From an uncultured Alphaproteobacteria bacterium (GTDB lineage: Bacteria; Pseudomonadota; Alphaproteobacteria; Rhizobiales; Xanthobacteraceae), in NCBI GenBank assembly GCA_963786115.1, contig CAWAYC010000018.1, positions 95,507-159,506 of the forward strand: a stretch of 64,000 nt of DNA, read 5' to 3'. Below are positions 63,437-64,000 of this stretch, one piece after another (position 1 is the stretch's first letter; each line of letters begins with the position of its first letter). Under the pieces are notes generated by a model. The model saw only the letters and a program-made list of their open reading frames with translations. It had not been told where the DNA came from and ran no database searches. A program made the translations under genes and the position numbers.

Positions 63437-63847
63437 CTACAACAGCAGATCAATCAGATGCGGGATCAGCGGGATGTCCGCGGCCGGCATCGGATAGTCG
63501 CGTAGCTTGTTGGCGCGGACCCAGGCGAGGCTTTGCCCCTCGCGCGCGATCGCCTGGCCTTCCCAGCGCCGGCAGATATAGAGCGGCATCAGCAGGTGGA
63601 AGCTCTCATAGGCGTGGCTGGCAAAGGTCAGCGGCGCCAGGCAAGGCTCGCTGACGGTGATGCCGATTTCCTCGTGCAGTTCGCGGATCAGCGTCTGCTC
63701 CGGCCGCTCGCCGGGCTCGACCTTGCCGCCCGGGAATTCCCAGAGCCCTGCGAGCGTCTTGCCCTCCGGGCGCTGCGCGATCAGCACCCGCTTGTCGGCG
63801 TCAATCAGCGCGCAGGCGACAACGAGAGTAAGCTTGACGTCGGCCAT
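63437..63847 (-). CDS. mutT: 8-oxo-dGTP diphosphatase (Nudix)
   Basis: WEFPGGKVEPGE..RELHEE Nudix box, MPAAD; follows argJ. Confidence 0.93.
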   Translation of the reverse strand: MADVKLTLVVACALIDADKRVLIAQRPEGKTLAGLWEFPGGKVEPGERPEQTLIRELHEEIGITVSEPCLAPLTFASHAYESFHLLMPLYICRRWEGQAIAREGQSLAWVRANKLRDYPMPAADIPLIPHLIDLLL

Positions 63848-63862
63848 GCGCTGCTCTTCGGT

Positions 63863-64000
63863 CTACGATCGGTAGTCGCCGTTGATCGCGACATATTCCT
63901 TGGTGAGGTCGCAGGTCAGCACGCGGTCGCGGCCCTTGCCGAGCCCGAGTCCGATCTTGATCTGGATCTTCGGATTCTTCATCGCTTCGGAAACTTCGGT
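63863..64000 (-). CDS. argJ: Ornithine acetyltransferase, 3' end only
   Basis: C-terminus [28 protein letters not shown]. Confidence 0.92.
   Translation of the reverse strand, partial: TEVSEAMKNPKIQIKIGLGLGKGRDRVLTCDLTKEYVAINGDYRS

Noticed and set aside
62539-63497. Hypothetical ORFs of 99-237 aa over the structured element
   Set aside because: They overlap on both strands, have Cys/Arg-rich atypical composition and span repeats; a non-coding explanation fits better.

Overview
A GC-rich alphaproteobacterial chromosome segment. Gene order and repeat families resemble Bradyrhizobium/Nitrobacteraceae (inference). Most of it is core backbone: alkA-ogt, glnD, ssuACB, mutS, pcaF-pcaHG, marR-emrAB, fur-family regulator, ispG, ispA, mtgA, rpmF, phaR-phaA-phaB, gloB, prmC-prfA-ptsP-lysC, ubiG, grxC, comF, mutT and the 3' end of argJ. 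The main anomaly is a ~5.9 kb accessory cassette (8061-13931) bounded by a 621-bp direct repeat made of the host ssuB 3' end plus osmC 5' end (7440-8060 and 13932-14552), with no integrase or transposase. It carries a second sulfonate-binding protein closely coupled to a chemoreceptor, a stand-alone soxCD pair and an AAA-ATPase relic, which could form a sulfonate sense-and-oxidise module. Also present are a ~450-nt highly base-paired intergenic element (about 62760-63235) and four REP/MITE-like repeat families. Five single-base frameshifts are probably long-read errors; two of them fall at GANTC sites. No rRNA, tRNA or CRISPR array was seen. All alignments and mismatch counts were done by eye.
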